A stretch of DNA of 63,859 bases, filler included, from Octopus bimaculoides (GCF_001194135.2; 6 parts of 6 records of this genome joined end to end with filler, not necessarily neighbours in it); one strand, 5' to 3'. Numbered from the whole stretch's first letter, positions 1 through 12,929 are shown. A program made the numbers and translations. The notes: generated from the letters alone by a model not told the origin.

Positions 1-58
<58 letters not shown>

Positions 59-281
59 TGTGTCTGTGTTCTGTGCGTGTGCGATTTTTATAAATATATG
101 CATATATTCACGTATGTGTGTGTATGCACACACACACGCATACACACACATACACTCTTACACACAAACACACACACACGCGCTTGTTTATATATATGTA
201 TATGCATGTATGCGTGTGTGTGTGTGTGTGTGCGTGTGTGTGTGCGTGTGTGTGTGCGTGTGTGTGTGCATAATATAGATT

Positions 282-336
<55 letters not shown>

Positions 337-345
337 TGATAGATA
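1..345. repeat. Compound microsatellite block (TA)n, (CA)n, (TG)n, (GATA)n
   Basis: Runs read directly from the sequence; they explain the overlapping CVCV/THTH/SIYL pseudo-ORFs. Confidence 0.97.
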
Positions 346-612
346 GATATTTTCCAGAAGGATGGATATTAGGAAGCCATTGACGCATATACCTTTGAGA
401 AATAAATAACTAATCAACAATTTCATATAGATATCGAACCCTTGCTTATAAGATGATCTGATCTGTCAGATGTCCATCTTGCTGCTTATGACACCCTTAT
501 GATGTCATAAATCAAAGATGCCCTCAAACCACGCTACACACTTCCCTGCATCACATTACAATACGTAGGATTTCATCTTTTCTCATACAGTCAGTCGTAA
601 AGCCACCGTTTT

Positions 613-675
<63 letters not shown>

Positions 676-692
676 NNNNNNNNNNNNNNNNN

Positions 693-736
<44 letters not shown>

Positions 737-1139
737 TCTTCTCTTTTATTCTTTCTCTCTGCCCCATTAGATGGCTGTGTGACGTCAGCTGCCTGCCAAA
801 GGAAGTGTCATAAATACGTTTGTGGTATATTATTTACTACTCGCTACCAAATTAGGAAGAACTAGCTCACTGGCACTGTTAGGAAGTAGAGGACTATTAG
901 TGAAGTCGGATACGCACAACAAAGGATTCTAAAACAACAAGCGCTCGAAGAGAAATAACTGCAGAAAAAAGAAAAAGGCTAGATTTTAGTTACTTTTTTT
1001 ACTATAAAGACTAATGGAATTTTTCGATAGCTAATTTTAACTTATTTCGATTTGGAAACTTTCGGGAGTTAGAATTCCGTCAAGAAAGTCCACATACAAT
1101 TATTTAGTGGTCACATGTGGGTTTGAGCGTGCTTGCGTG

Positions 1140-1173
<34 letters not shown>

Positions 1174-1224
1174 TGTATGTATGTATGTGCATACATACAT
1201 ATATATACACACACATATATAAAC

Positions 1225-1292
<68 letters not shown>

Positions 1293-1329
1293 ATATATAT
1301 ATATATATATTATATTTCTATTTTATATA

Positions 1330-2114
1330 TATGATCTAACAGAAATAACTCGAAGTGGCCAGTGGAAAGCATATGAATAACACAAAGGAATGCCGCTATA
1401 TTAAATAGCATATAGCCAAGCATTCTTGATATATCCAAACTATTTCCGCCGCTAGAGGACGTATCATAATTATCAGATGGCAGTTATGATCAGCCACACT
1501 CGAGAAGGGAAAATAATCGGAAGGTTAAAGATTTCTCGAAAACTAACGTTCCAATAAGGAAACGGACTGTATTATTGACTGGAGACAAGAGAACAATCGC
1601 AGACACATGTTTTTGTCTCAACAGTCTTTATCAGCACGACAACCAACCTGCCTTATCTCCAAGAGCCAAAGGACTTGGAGTTATACAGAATACGACAGAA
1701 AGCAGTAATGACGGCGGTAGATTAACTGTTAAGCACGAGCTTAGGCTATCAAATAATAAATGGTTTACGGCACAAAAAAAAATCACCCTAAACTTGCTAA
1801 AATAATATTCGTGGTGGCTTATATGATTCGAAATATAATTTCGAAGTGTTCATCGTGTCATAATGAGGATCGGGCCAAAGACTTAATGAATAAAACAAGG
1901 AGAAAACTTTTCAAATATAACGTGGAAGTATACAATTTTTTTTTTTTTAAACCATTATTTTCTATGTTACATTTAGCTTTGTTTCATTTTGAAAAATGAT
2001 AATTTAGTTTATGTTTATTATTGTTTATATTTTGAATTATATATATATATGGTGGGGCTGGGCGCTAAAATCTTTGAAGCGTTTAGGACCGTGATGGGTC
2101 TTAATCCAGCCCTG
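1330..2114. mobile_element. Probable degraded hAT-type DNA transposon right end
   Basis: Ends in GGTCTTAATCCAGCCCTG (2097-2114), the reverse complement of a CAGGGCTGGATTAAGACC terminus typical of hAT elements. No left TIR found, and the upstream sequence is not a recognisable transposase. Confidence 0.35.
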
Positions 2115-2289
2115 AGTAATGAGCTAGGTGGTTTGCATACATGCCACTGACCATTTCAAGTTATTTCTATTCTGTTCATTTTTATTTAAATTATGCAAAT
2201 TACTTAGGCCATTACTGCTTTCTACTATTTTTTTGTATAAGTCAAAATTCTTTGTCTATTGGAGATAAGGCTGGAAAATTTTTGTGCCG

Positions 2290-2660
2290 ATGAATGCTAT
2301 TGATTCAGAAATCCATGTCTACTACCGTCCTTTTACCTCCTGGAAAGAATCTTATCACTTTCCTTACTGTAATGTCAAATTTTGGAGTGGCTGTGTGGTA
2401 AGTTATGTTTTAAAAATTGATTTGACTGCTATTTTCAGCAAATTTACTGACTAACTAGAAGGTCTCACTCATTGGCTTCATATCTTTCGGTTTTACTAAG
2501 TTCCCAATATATATCACAGTATGGCATAATACTTCATGGTAGCCTGCTTACATCGTGTTGGACCATGCCTATAAGAATTAGATGCCTTTGCTATGTAACC
2601 CGTGCAGGTAAAATACATTCAGCCTATTAACCTCTTGGTTAGTAACCTTGATAAACCAGT
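2290..2660 (-). pseudogene. Highly degraded RTE-like LINE ORF2 remnant
   Basis: Minus-strand fragment TNQEVNRLNVFYLHGL resembles the RTE post-RT motif RLNAFHLRCLR; many stops. Confidence 0.3.
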
Positions 2661-2680
2661 CAGCCGTGATAATACGAATC

Positions 2681-3473
2681 AGTCTTCATCGAGAAGAATG
2701 CAGTGATGGAAAGCATTCTAGCTATGACTAAACCGTCTTTTTATGTTCATTTAAGACTACATGATTTGAGCTTTACCATTTTTAGTGTATGAAGGTTGGG
2801 TAGCGGTTCCTTACTCAACGAAGGGAGGATATGAGCTGTGTTGAAAAATTTTAAAAGCCACAGTTAGAATGTATAATTACTCAATGATAATACAAACTTA
2901 CTGTCGCTTTGATACATTTATAGCGGCTGGTTAATATAGAGGAAGAATTACATAAGCTACTGTTCAAGTACGATGTTGCATTTTTTTTTTTTTTTTTTTG
3001 TAAGTCTAACCCATCGGTTCCACAGTAGAGCGGTAACACTCCCTGGAGTATTGGTATTTGAGGATTGTAGCACTGAAGTACTGCCCACTGCGTTACCGGA
3101 CCCTAAAAAGTGAATCTAAAATAAAAGATAATAACACTAGCGGTGTTAGGTGCGGTGTCCTGTACTGATTCATAACAATAAGACTATGTCATAACAGAGA
3201 AACAAAGTGGTTATGACTTTTTTTATGTTGTTGTTGCTGTTGCTGTGCTTTTATTCCAGACCAGTCTTCATCGGGAGGAATTCACTGATGGAAAGCATTC
3301 TAGCTGTGACCAAACCATTTTTTAATATTTATTTAAGACTACATGATCTAATGTGAATTTTCACTTTTAGTATATGAAAGTAGGGCAGCGGTTCCTTACT
3401 TAGTATCAACAAAGAGAGTATATGAGCCGTGTTAAAAAATTTAAAAAGCCACAGTTAAAATATATAATTACTC
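2681..3473. repeat. Two diverged ~200-bp copies of one repeat (2681-2882 and 3261-3473)
   Basis: Both read CAGTCTTCATCG..GATGGAAAGCATTCTAGCT..TTAAGACTACATGAT..AGCGGTTCCTTACT..AAAAGCCACAGTTA..TATAATTACTCA. Confidence 0.85.
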
Positions 3474-3564
3474 AGCAGCATATGATTATATACTTAAATA
3501 TAATTACTTTCTTACCTATAATTATTCACTTAAATATAATTACTCAGTCACATCACCGGTATCG

Positions 3565-3860
3565 ACTGAACAATTGGGTTTCATTACACGCTGCTGGGCA
3601 AAATGCGCCTCCAATTCTCTTTCCTTTGCGCCATTCTTTTCAATCTTGGCCCAAACTGTTTCACTAAATCATTTTCCCATCGTTGTGGAAGTCTTTCCAA
3701 GTGACCTTTTCCAATCTCTTGGATACCACTCGGCAACTGCATTGGTCTAGCTGCGGTCTGTTAATCTTGCAACATGTCGGCCCAGCAGAATTTGTGCTAT
3801 TGGTATTCTGCAATCATGTCATTCATTGTGCTTTGTTCTCGAATCACTTCTTTTCAGACA
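3565..3860 (-). pseudogene. RTE-clade LINE ORF2 C-terminal remnant
   Basis: Minus frames give HVARLTDRS*TNAVAEWYPRDWKRSLG and RWENDLVKQFGPRLKRMAQRKENW, matching the RTE end motif HVAR..D.RW...V.EWYPRD.KR..GRP..RW. Confidence 0.7.
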
Positions 3861-4216
3861 ACCCAGTTACGTACAATTTTGAAGTTATATATGATTACTC
3901 TCTTGTATATAAATATTTAGTCACATATATCATTCAATTGAAAAATGAAACCGGAAAAAAGAGTTTGTTGTTAGTTAATAAAACCGGCTTATTAAGTAGA
4001 CAGACCTTTCAAAGGCTTGGGATCAATGGGAAAATTGGTTTAAATAAAATGGGCCCTTAATAGTGAATGGTAGAGAATAACAGGGTGTAATTTAAAGATG
4101 ATATTTCTATCAGATCGAGAGAAAAAATGTAGGGACTGCATCGTATCTGAACAAAAAAAACATATTAAGTTCATTATTTTCCAAATTACATCTGATTTGG
4201 TCAAATCTTATCTAAC

Positions 4217-4510
4217 AGGTTTGGTCTAGTTTAGTCTAATCTGGTCTGGTCTGGTCTGCTCCGATCTCTTCTGATTTAATTCACTCTGGTCAGGTTTGAT
4301 CTTGTTTGATCTGGTCTGAGCTTATCGCTTCTCTTCTAGTCTAATACGGTCTGGCCTAATATGGTCTGGTCTGGCCTGGCCTGGTTTGGTTTGGTTTGGT
4401 CTCGTCCGGTCTGGTCTGGTCTGGTCTGGTCTGGTCTGGTCTGGTTTAGTCTGATCTGGTATGGCTTGGTCTGATCTCATCAGGTCTGGTTTAGTTTGAT
4501 CTGGTCTGAA
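4217..4510. repeat. Degenerate pentanucleotide (GGTCT)n array
   Basis: Near-pure core 4409-4445, decaying on both sides. Confidence 0.9.
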
Positions 4511-6555
4511 CTGGTACCTCTGTTCAGTTTCTGTAGTTATAAATGGATGAACGATGCAGAAGAACTTCGTGAATATTAATTTAGAAATAAAGATACCAAG
4601 TTCAAATTCTGTTTGTCGCTATATACACGCCCAGAAATAAGAAAATAGCAATGGGAGATCATCATCATAGCAAATGTCATTTTGTATATCCTCGAATCAA
4701 CCCGCACCTTGCGAGTGGGTACACGGAAACTGTAAAATCCCGTCAGTTGAATTGTACCTGATATTCAAAAGCTTGTCTGTCATAAAGTACGTCACACTGA
4801 TTCTGTTTGGGAATTATTAAGGGTACACATGACTGCGGAATACTCAGTCACATACACATTGATTCAATCATCAGGTAATTCGGTCAGTCCAGTTGAGCAA
4901 TGAAGAACGAATGACAACTAAACGCAACACTAGCGTCTTAAGAAAAAGAAGGACACATTGGATAATACAGTCCGAGATACATTATTCCTGTGAACAAGAG
5001 AGTTGGTCAAATCTGGAAAGCATAGATCTGTTCAATTAGAATGGATTTGGGGTTAAACAACAACTTGAGATTTTACAGAGAAGTTTACCTGACGTTGACA
5101 GCTTTATACTTTGCTCACAGATAGAAAGCAAAATAAATTGTAGGATATGAACGATGAAACTTCTCTGGTAGTTGTTGTCTGTGGCGCAACCAGCAGGACA
5201 TTTTGAACTCACTATAACATCTAAGACTGTTTGTTAAACGACCTCCAGAATCTAGAAAACTCATATTAATGGCATTATTGATATTATTGATATCATAATA
5301 TAATAATTTCGTTAAATAAATTGTCTTCCTGAACCACAAATGTTTTAGGTAATTGCGGTTTATCTTTATAGCAGTCGCCAAGGCAGTCATGAGCAAACTG
5401 GAGTCCGTAGCACTTTTCCAATGGCATGCCTAACGAAGAATTTTCTTGAATTTGTTTTAGTAGTGCGGCCCGTCTGACGATGAGCAATGTCCCATAAAAT
5501 ATTAATGCTAGGCGTTTCTCGAAATACTTTCTATCAGAAATAAAAATCGCTTCATTTCATCGTTTCGTCGTTTCGGTACTCTGGGAGTTCAACCTTTTGG
5601 CTCTGCAGTGCTTTTTACACTTTACTGCTGCTGCTGTTGTTGTTGTTGTTGTCAGAGGAAGGGAAGCAGAACCAGTGACCTTTGTAGACCCTCCCAGGTT
5701 GATGGGATTGATGGTGCCCAGCCTAAAAGAAAAAACACACACACACACACACCGTCAAAAACAAAAAGAATTGCAGGTCAAAAGTGTGTAGGAGAAAAAA
5801 CAACTTAGGCGGGCAGGAAGTCGGATGTCTTGTCTGAAGATACCCAAGGACTAGTTGGGGGGACGGCTCGACTTACCGTGATGCCAGGTAACGCTAGTGA
5901 GGCTGCTTGGCTGTTTCAACGTTTTAGCCTCGCTATTGACTGTGGTAATTCTGCGAGCGTGTTGGCTTGTTTCAGTAGATTCCGTTGAACCTTGTGGTGT
6001 GCGACCAATTGAGGCACTTGGCATTTTTTCCTTCTTTCTCCTTTTTTTTTTTACTTCGTTCATGTTTCCGTATTCTTCGGTTTGGGATTTGTATTTTAAT
6101 GTGGTTTTGTATTATAAATGTATAAATGTATTATAAATGTATCATACACGTAGTGTTATATATGTAATTATTATTTCTAATGAAAATAATTAGTCATTCA
6201 TTTATTTAAAAAACAAACAAACCGTGTAGTGCGTTAGACCTAATGTGATTAAAGAAATTAAGAAAAGAACTTGTAAATGAAATGTGGAGTAATTTTGAAA
6301 ATAATTATTTCTTTGTACCATTAATGAATGATCGACAATATCGACCGCTTTGTATAACTGATACTTACTTTATTGATAGTCTAAAGATGATCCTGGCTTG
6401 AATTAAATTTTGATCGTAAAGGAGCATGGCTAAAGTGGAGAAAGTTCAACGTTTTACAAACCAATCGACTCCACCAGACTATTTCTATTTTATGCTACCG
6501 TTAAAACCAGCCTGGTTACTTAAGGTTTTGAAAATAGCCAAACACAAGTTTCCAT

Positions 6556-6625
6556 TGAGTGGAATTTGCAGTACCATTATGAGTGGAATTTGCAGTACCA
6601 TTATGAATGGAATTTGCAGTACCAT
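6556..6625. repeat. 24-bp tandem repeat, about 3 copies
   Basis: TTATGAGTGGAATTTGCAGTACCA repeated; appears as SGICSTIM x3 in the ORF track. Confidence 0.92.
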
Positions 6626-6797
6626 CTTCAAATCGTATCACTTCTCACTTAGTCTGCTAATACCGTACTTCTGAGAAGAACATAAACATGTCAGACTCCC
6701 TGCAACATTTCATGGCTTTTTGGTCATAATTATATTCCTCTCCCTCCCTACCCCCTCTTTCTCCCTCCCTCTCTTTCCTTCTCTTTTTCTCTCTAAC

Positions 6798-6837
<40 letters not shown>

Positions 6838-6894
6838 TGATCAATGTCTTTCCCCCTTAAATTACAACTACTTTATTACTACATAAGAACTAAA

Positions 6895-7520
6895 TCTAGA
6901 TATATAAAAGAACGATTCTGTTTGTTTGTCCAGCAGACTCGAAGTAAATGCTTCAGGAGAAGCTATTATGCTTTTTCTATATGTATAAAATCAAAATTCT
7001 GTCTCTTTTTTTCTCCATCGAAATGAAAGTACCTGGTTCGGGGGAAGCTATTATGTTATTGCCAAGTTTGTCTCAACAAAAATTATGCAACACTAATTGT
7101 GCACAAACTTATGAGGAACTGCATTCAGGCAAATATTTTCACTGGTTGTGGTAAAGGTGACATTGTCTTCATTCCTCGCATACCAGTTATACCATCTAAT
7201 GTCCCATTCCAATTTAAGCCGTTACAGTTTCCTATAACTACTTTCTTTTGCCATGAGCATTAATAAAAGTCAGGGCCAAACACTAAAAGTTGATGGATTG
7301 CAACATGAAGAACCATGCTCTTCACATGGCCAGCTTTATGTAGGAGCATCACGTGTGCGACCAAAAGCAAATCTTTTTGCTTATGCACCACGAAATAAAA
7401 CAAAAACCTTGTTTATAAAGAAATATTCACTCTTAATGCAACACGAATACTTCAATAACTTAACGGGTATGCTCCCGAGAAACGGTGAAAGTAATTACTC
7501 GATCAGCAACGGGTATTTTT
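6895..7520 (+). mobile_element. Internally deleted Helitron carrying a PIF1-like helicase C-terminal fragment
   Basis: A|TCTAGATATATAAAAG..CTGTTTGTTTGTCC Helitron-like 5' end at 6895. Frameshifted 7012-7425 gives GCGKGDIVFIPRIP..PFQFK.LQFP and FAMSINKSQGQTL..EPCSSHGQLYVGASRV, the RepHel helicase motifs. The 3' end is not resolved. Confidence 0.8.
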
Positions 7521-7866
7521 ATATTCTTGAATTATTAAAAAAAAAAAAAACTACTAAATTTATTAAACAGAAAAAAGTTAAACTTTAAACGTATTCCTCG
7601 TAAAATTAACCATTAATTATAAGATGAATATGTGTGTTTGTGTGTGTAAATACACACACACATAAACACGTACACACGCGCACACACGTGTATAGGGGCC
7701 AGACACCTACAGAGCTGTTTCTTCGTCACGTGAGACATTGACTCGTGCATTAGAAAATGTGAGTGCAGCAGCACCTTCAGTACATAAGTGTTTACCTATA
7801 TATATATATATATATATTTATGTGTGTGTGTATGAGAGCGAGACAGAGAGAGAGTGAGAGAGAGAA

Positions 7867-7926
<60 letters not shown>

Positions 7927-7984
7927 CGTGTGCGTGTGTGTGAATGAGCGTGTGTATCACATGCACACACAGACGTTGTATCCG

Positions 7985-8275
7985 TTTGTTCTCTTCAGTA
8001 AATTTAATCTTTCTGCTTCAAGATCTGCTTCGTTTTCTTCCTGTATTGTTCTTGTGTTATTAAACTTTGCAGTACTTTTATATCCAATTTACATCGGTCA
8101 TTGACTTTTTTATATTCGTCGATCTGTAGTTTGAAGCCAAGCAAATTCTCTGTGACTCAGATGTTCTTCTCTCTGGTTTTCCATTACCTGTTGTATGTTT
8201 CAAACGGCACCTCTTTGCTCCCTAAATCTCAGACTCACTTCCTCGTATTTCTTAATTCTTCTTCTTGGCTCACTA
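7985..8275 (-). pseudogene. Possible degraded R4/Dong-like LINE pre-RT fragment
   Basis: RRIKKYEEVSLRFREQ../FET resembles the RIRRYE..FRQN.LFET segment of R4/Dong ORFs; weak, with multiple stops. Confidence 0.25.
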
Positions 8276-8294
8276 CCAATCTATCTATCTATCT

Positions 8295-8358
<64 letters not shown>

Positions 8359-8493
8359 TCAGAAGCGTGGTACAACAAGGCACCGATATTTACTGGAAAA
8401 TAGCAATCGATATAAATACGACGCTATTGTATAGCTTCACTGCGTATAAAGGGCTGGAAATTAATACATTTGTATTGAAATATTTTTCATATC

Positions 8494-8532
<39 letters not shown>

Positions 8533-8676
8533 CTTTTCCTTTCGTTTCTTTCTCTCTGTATCAAGATTTGATCTTCATTTCCAGACAACTTTCTTCACCA
8601 GACACTTCGATATTATACACGAATCCCCCGCCCCCCTCTCTCTCTCTCTCTGTATCTCTCTCTCTCTGTATCTCTC

Positions 8677-8717
<41 letters not shown>

Positions 8718-9337
8718 ATCTATCTGTCTATATCTAAATCTCCCTCCCTCTCTCAGTCACTTTGTGTATTTAGATCATGCCCTCTATCATTCGCTCTCTC
8801 TCTCTACCTCCACACCTGTGTTATTTCATCACGTTACCTTTCTAATTTCCCCTCTCTATGGCGGCCCTCAAGCTTGCTTTGTAAAGCTTCATTAATACTT
8901 TCTTTCAATCCCTTAAAATACTCTCAGCTCAGCTTTTACTTTCTCTTTCTATGTTGCTATAATGTTATACAAAAAGAGAAATAAAAAAACCGAAATTCCA
9001 CTTCATCACATGATATGTATGCTTGATATGCATGTATGTATGTATGTACGTATGTACGTATGTATGTATGTATGTGTGCGTGCATATATGTATGTATGTA
9101 TGTGTCAGGGACGTATATTCCGGATGTGCTATATGTGTGCTGCACATCAACGAAAATGGCAAATTCATTATAAATATTAACCCTACTCATTAATTTAATC
9201 ACAAATCTTAATGGAAAACTTTTGTTATATCCCTGCTTGAAATTAGGTATGCAGCACACCCAACTCAATAACAACCACCATACGCCACTGGTATGCATGT
9301 ATGTATGTATGTATGTATATATATAGATATATATATA

Positions 9338-9380
<43 letters not shown>

Positions 9381-9482
9381 NNNNNNNNNNNNNNNNNNNN
9401 NNNNNNNNNNNNNNNNNNNNNNNNNNNNNNNNNNNNNNNNNNNNNNNNNNNNNNNNNNNNNNNNNNNNNNNNNNNNNNNNNN

Positions 9483-9519
<37 letters not shown>

Positions 9520-9520
<1 letters not shown>

Positions 9521-11220
9521 GGTTAGTTGGCTTCCAAGTGACGACCACAGTGAAGGAACAAGTTCTGATTAGCTGTAGGTTTGGCAAAGTTCGGCGTTCT
9601 GTTTGGTTGACTTCCTTGTTAGCGACTCGGTAATTTTTTTCCTGATGGTCATCTAGTGTTCCGGCTGGTTGATTCATTTAAGAAGTCACTTTTTTTTCTG
9701 TGAGTCCGGTTCTGGGCAGAGGGAAAATTTCATTGGTTTTGTTTGAGGTGACGTCAGCAGCTGGTGTTTGAGAAGGTGTATGGTGTTATTGTATATTAAT
9801 TTGGAGATGTGGTTTTGAATCCCAGGCTATTAAAGGTTTCGCATCATATCTTTCTCTGGTCGTTTTTCGTGGAAAAATTGGATTTTCTCTTTCTTGTGTG
9901 TTATTATAGGATATTTAGTTGTGGCTTGTATTTTTTTAATGAGCTTGTTTTCCTTATTCAATTGGAACTTGGTTGAAGTGTTTCCGGTGCATTGATAGAG
10001 AAAAAAAATTGATAGTTTCGATCTGTATCTGTTGGACATTGATCTAAGTGTTTGTTTAAAGGAATTTTCCTGATCGTGGGGTCCCAGATCTGATGCCTGT
10101 CCCTCAAGGTCATGCTAGTCGGACCTATGTAATCTCCAACACAATCACCACATTTGAAGACATAAATTAAGTTCTTCGATTCACAGGTGAAATGATTTTT
10201 TTATGGTGAATATTTGACCTGACTTGAATTTATATGTTGAACTTTTCAAAAGTTAGAAGCAAGTCCCGCAGTTAGGGTGATTGTATTTTTGACTAGTGGG
10301 GGTTGTATTTTTTGGTGAGTAATTTGGAGCTGGTAAGTAAACTTTTTAGGGATTTGGGTTGTCTGTTACTTTTAATAATTCTATGTGCTTCAAGTGCGCT
10401 TTTCACTCACAGGTCGTTCAGAAGGAGGGGTATATTTTGATGGATGATGTTGTATGCTTCCATGTTCTTTGGATTGTGTGTTGATACGTAAGACAAAGTT
10501 TTGAGTAAGTCATGGGGTTTTCTTGTTTTTCGTAATTCTTGAATATCTATCGTTTTTGCACGTTCTATTCCGTTCTTGATTAAACTAACCGTGTATTTTT
10601 TTTCTAGTAAAATATTTTAAAGTTATTGGAGTCATTCGTCTCGGGTTTCGGGATTTGATGCAGTCGTATAAATTCTTGCCAAGTTGAAGGGTATATTGAT
10701 TTTATTATGCTTTGGATGACAGGAAGAGAACAGTAGTTCTTGTTTTGGTTTAAAGTAGATGTCAGTTTCAATGTTTGTATCTCTTTTTAAGATTAAAATG
10801 TCCAGAAAAAGGTAGCTGTTTGTGACTGTATTACATTGTAAATTGGATACTATGGTGAATGTTAATTAAATTTTTGAATTCTAAGATTTGCTCAAGGTTA
10901 TGTGACCACAAAATAAAACAATCGTTCAGGTATCGTTTCCAGTTTGCGAGTAAATTGTTTTGGAAGTTGTCCCCATATTTCAGTCTAATGTGTTACTATA
11001 TCTGAACTTCCAAGTATGCCATGACAAGGTTAGCAAAAGTAGGGGCTATCCTCGTTCCTATCGCAATCACAATTTTTGTCTGTAGGTGTTCTCGTTGAAG
11101 CTGAAAAAGTTATTCTGTAGGATGAATTCTAATCCCTCAATGATGAATCCTCTTCCGATTCTATCAGGAATGTCATTTGGGAAATTTTCCAACTAGAATT
11201 GTCCCGTATTCGCGATGAAT
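9520..11220 (-). mobile_element. Penelope-like element, 5'-truncated and decayed (RT + GIY-YIG endonuclease)
   Basis: Minus strand: FILQNNFFSFNENTYRQK/IVIAIGTRIAPTFANLVMAYLE, NWKRYLNDCFILW, QLPFLDILI, ETDIYFKP, SCHPKH.KINIPFNLA, then FTCESKNLIYVFKCGDC..YIGPT (GIY-YIG with Cys motif). Stops and frameshifts are present. Confidence 0.9.
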
Positions 11221-11344
11221 TGAGGTGGAGAGGAAGCCATCAAACCCAAAACACTAAACTTTGCCAAAACAAAAATAATTTTTTTTTACCAAAACCCCCA
11301 CGAGAAAAGAATAAGACGTCATCAAAATTATAACGAATCAGCTA

Positions 11345-11488
11345 GTAGTTTATTTTATCGATTCCGAACAGATGAAAGACTAAGTGGATCTCGGTGGTAT
11401 TTGAACTAAGAACGTAAAGAATCAGAAGAAATGCCGCTAAGCATTCGATCATTGTGTCCGACAAACAAACGATTCTGCCGTCACCTTA
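11345..11488 (-). mobile_element. Degraded SINE family C copy
   Basis: Similar to the better-preserved family C copies at 12492-12706 and 15103-15330. Confidence 0.6.
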
Positions 11489-11512
11489 AGAAGGTAAATA
11501 AATAATACTTTC

Positions 11513-11750
11513 TGTTGTTGGCACTCCGTCGCTTACGACATCGAGGGTTCCAGTTGATCCGATCAACGGAACAGCCTGCTCGTGAAATTAACGTGCAAGT
11601 GGCTGAGCACTCCACAGACACGTGTACCCTTAATGTAGTTCTCGGGGATATTCAGCGTGACACAGTGTGACAAGGCTGACCCTTTGAATTACAGGCACAA
11701 CAGAAGCAGGAAGTAAGAGTGAGAGAAAGTTGTGGTGAAAGAGTACAGCA
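11513..11750 (-). mobile_element. SINE family A, 3' half, running into a gap
   Basis: Reverse complement of the 3' half of the 32215 and 52797 copies, with a (CAA)n tail. Confidence 0.9.
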
Positions 11751-12393
11751 NNNNNNNNNNNNNNNNNNNNNNNNNNNNNNNNNNNNNNNNNNNNNNNNNN
11801 NNNNNNNNNNNNNNNNNNNNNNNNNNNNNNNNNNNNNNNNNNNNNNNNNNNNNNNNNNNNNNNNNNNNNNNNNNNNNNNNNNNNNNNNNNNNNNNNNNNN
11901 NNNNNNNNNNNNNNNNNNNNNNNNNNNNNNNNNNNNNNNNNNNNNNNNNNNNNNNNNNNNNNNNNNNNNNNNNNNNNNNNNNNNNNNNNNNNNNNNNNNN
12001 NNNNNNNNNNNNNNNNNNNNNNNNNNNNNNNNNNNNNNNNNNNNNNNNNNNNNNNNNNNNNNNNNNNNNNNNNNNNNNNNNNNNNNNNNNNNNNNNNNNN
12101 NNNNNNNNNNNNNNNNNNNNNNNNNNNNNNNNNNNNNNNNNNNNNNNNNNNNNNNNNNNNNNNNNNNNNNNNNNNNNNNNNNNNNNNNNNNNNNNNNNNN
12201 NNNNNNNNNNNNNNNNNNNNNNNNNNNNNNNNNNNNNNNNNNNNNNNNNNNNNNNNNNNNNNNNNNNNNNNNAAACGAGAATTAATTTAAATAAATATAG
12301 GAAATGTGACTATGAGGAAAACACAAATTTTTTTGTTATTTAATTTCTTGATCAGGTTAGAGAGATTTCTGTGTTTGGTTACCTCCCAAACGC

Positions 12394-12413
12394 TGCTGCT
12401 GCTGCTGCTGCTG

Positions 12414-12491
<78 letters not shown>
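12394..12491. repeat. Graded trinucleotide run (CTG)n-(CTA)n-(ATA)n forming the tail of the adjacent SINE
   Basis: Directly visible; abuts the 3' end of the minus-strand SINE. Confidence 0.9.
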
Positions 12492-12493
<2 letters not shown>

Positions 12494-12706
12494 CCTTTCT
12501 ACTATAGGCACAAGGCCTGAAGTTTTGTGGGAGGGGACCAGTCGATTACATCGACTCCAGTGCGTAACTGGTACTTAATTTATTGACCCCGAAAGGATGA
12601 AAGGCAAAGTCGATCCCGGCAGCATTTGAACTTAGAACGTGAAGACAGACGAAATACCGCTAAATATTTCGCCCAGCGTGCTAATGATTCTGCCAGCTCA
12701 CCGCCC
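12492..12706 (-). mobile_element. SINE family C (tRNA-like head, conserved central box, (ATT)n tail)
   Basis: Minus strand GGGCGGTGAGCTGGCAGAATCATTAGCACG..GTCGACTTTGCCTTTCATCCTTTCGGGGTC..AGTACCAG..AGTAGAAAGGATT; many copies in the window. Confidence 0.9.
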
Positions 12707-12877
12707 TACTACTGCTACTACAACTACTACTACTACTACTACAATTACTACTACTACTACTACTACTACTACAATTACTACTACTACTACTACTATTACT
12801 ACAATTACTACTACTACTACTACTATTACTACAATTACTACTACTACTACTACTACTACTACAATTACTACTACTAC

Positions 12878-12910
<33 letters not shown>

Positions 12911-12929
12911 CAACAACAACAATAATAAT
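12707..12929. repeat. (ACT)n/(AAT)n/(AAC)n array with a 30-bp higher-order period
   Basis: ACAATT recurs at 12741, 12771, 12801, 12831 and 12861. Confidence 0.92.

Noticed and set aside
60-426. ORFs rich in CV/TH/YI/SIYL here and at many other loci (for example 39261-39953, 59627-60313)
   Set aside because: They are translations of dinucleotide and tetranucleotide microsatellites, not genes.
5897-6136. Plus-strand ORF with a signal-peptide-like N-terminus
   Set aside because: GTG start, the hydrophobicity comes from T-rich sequence, and the splice signals point to the opposite strand.
8265-8984. 239-aa ORF
   Set aside because: Mostly (CT)n, (TA)n and (CTAT)n repeats.
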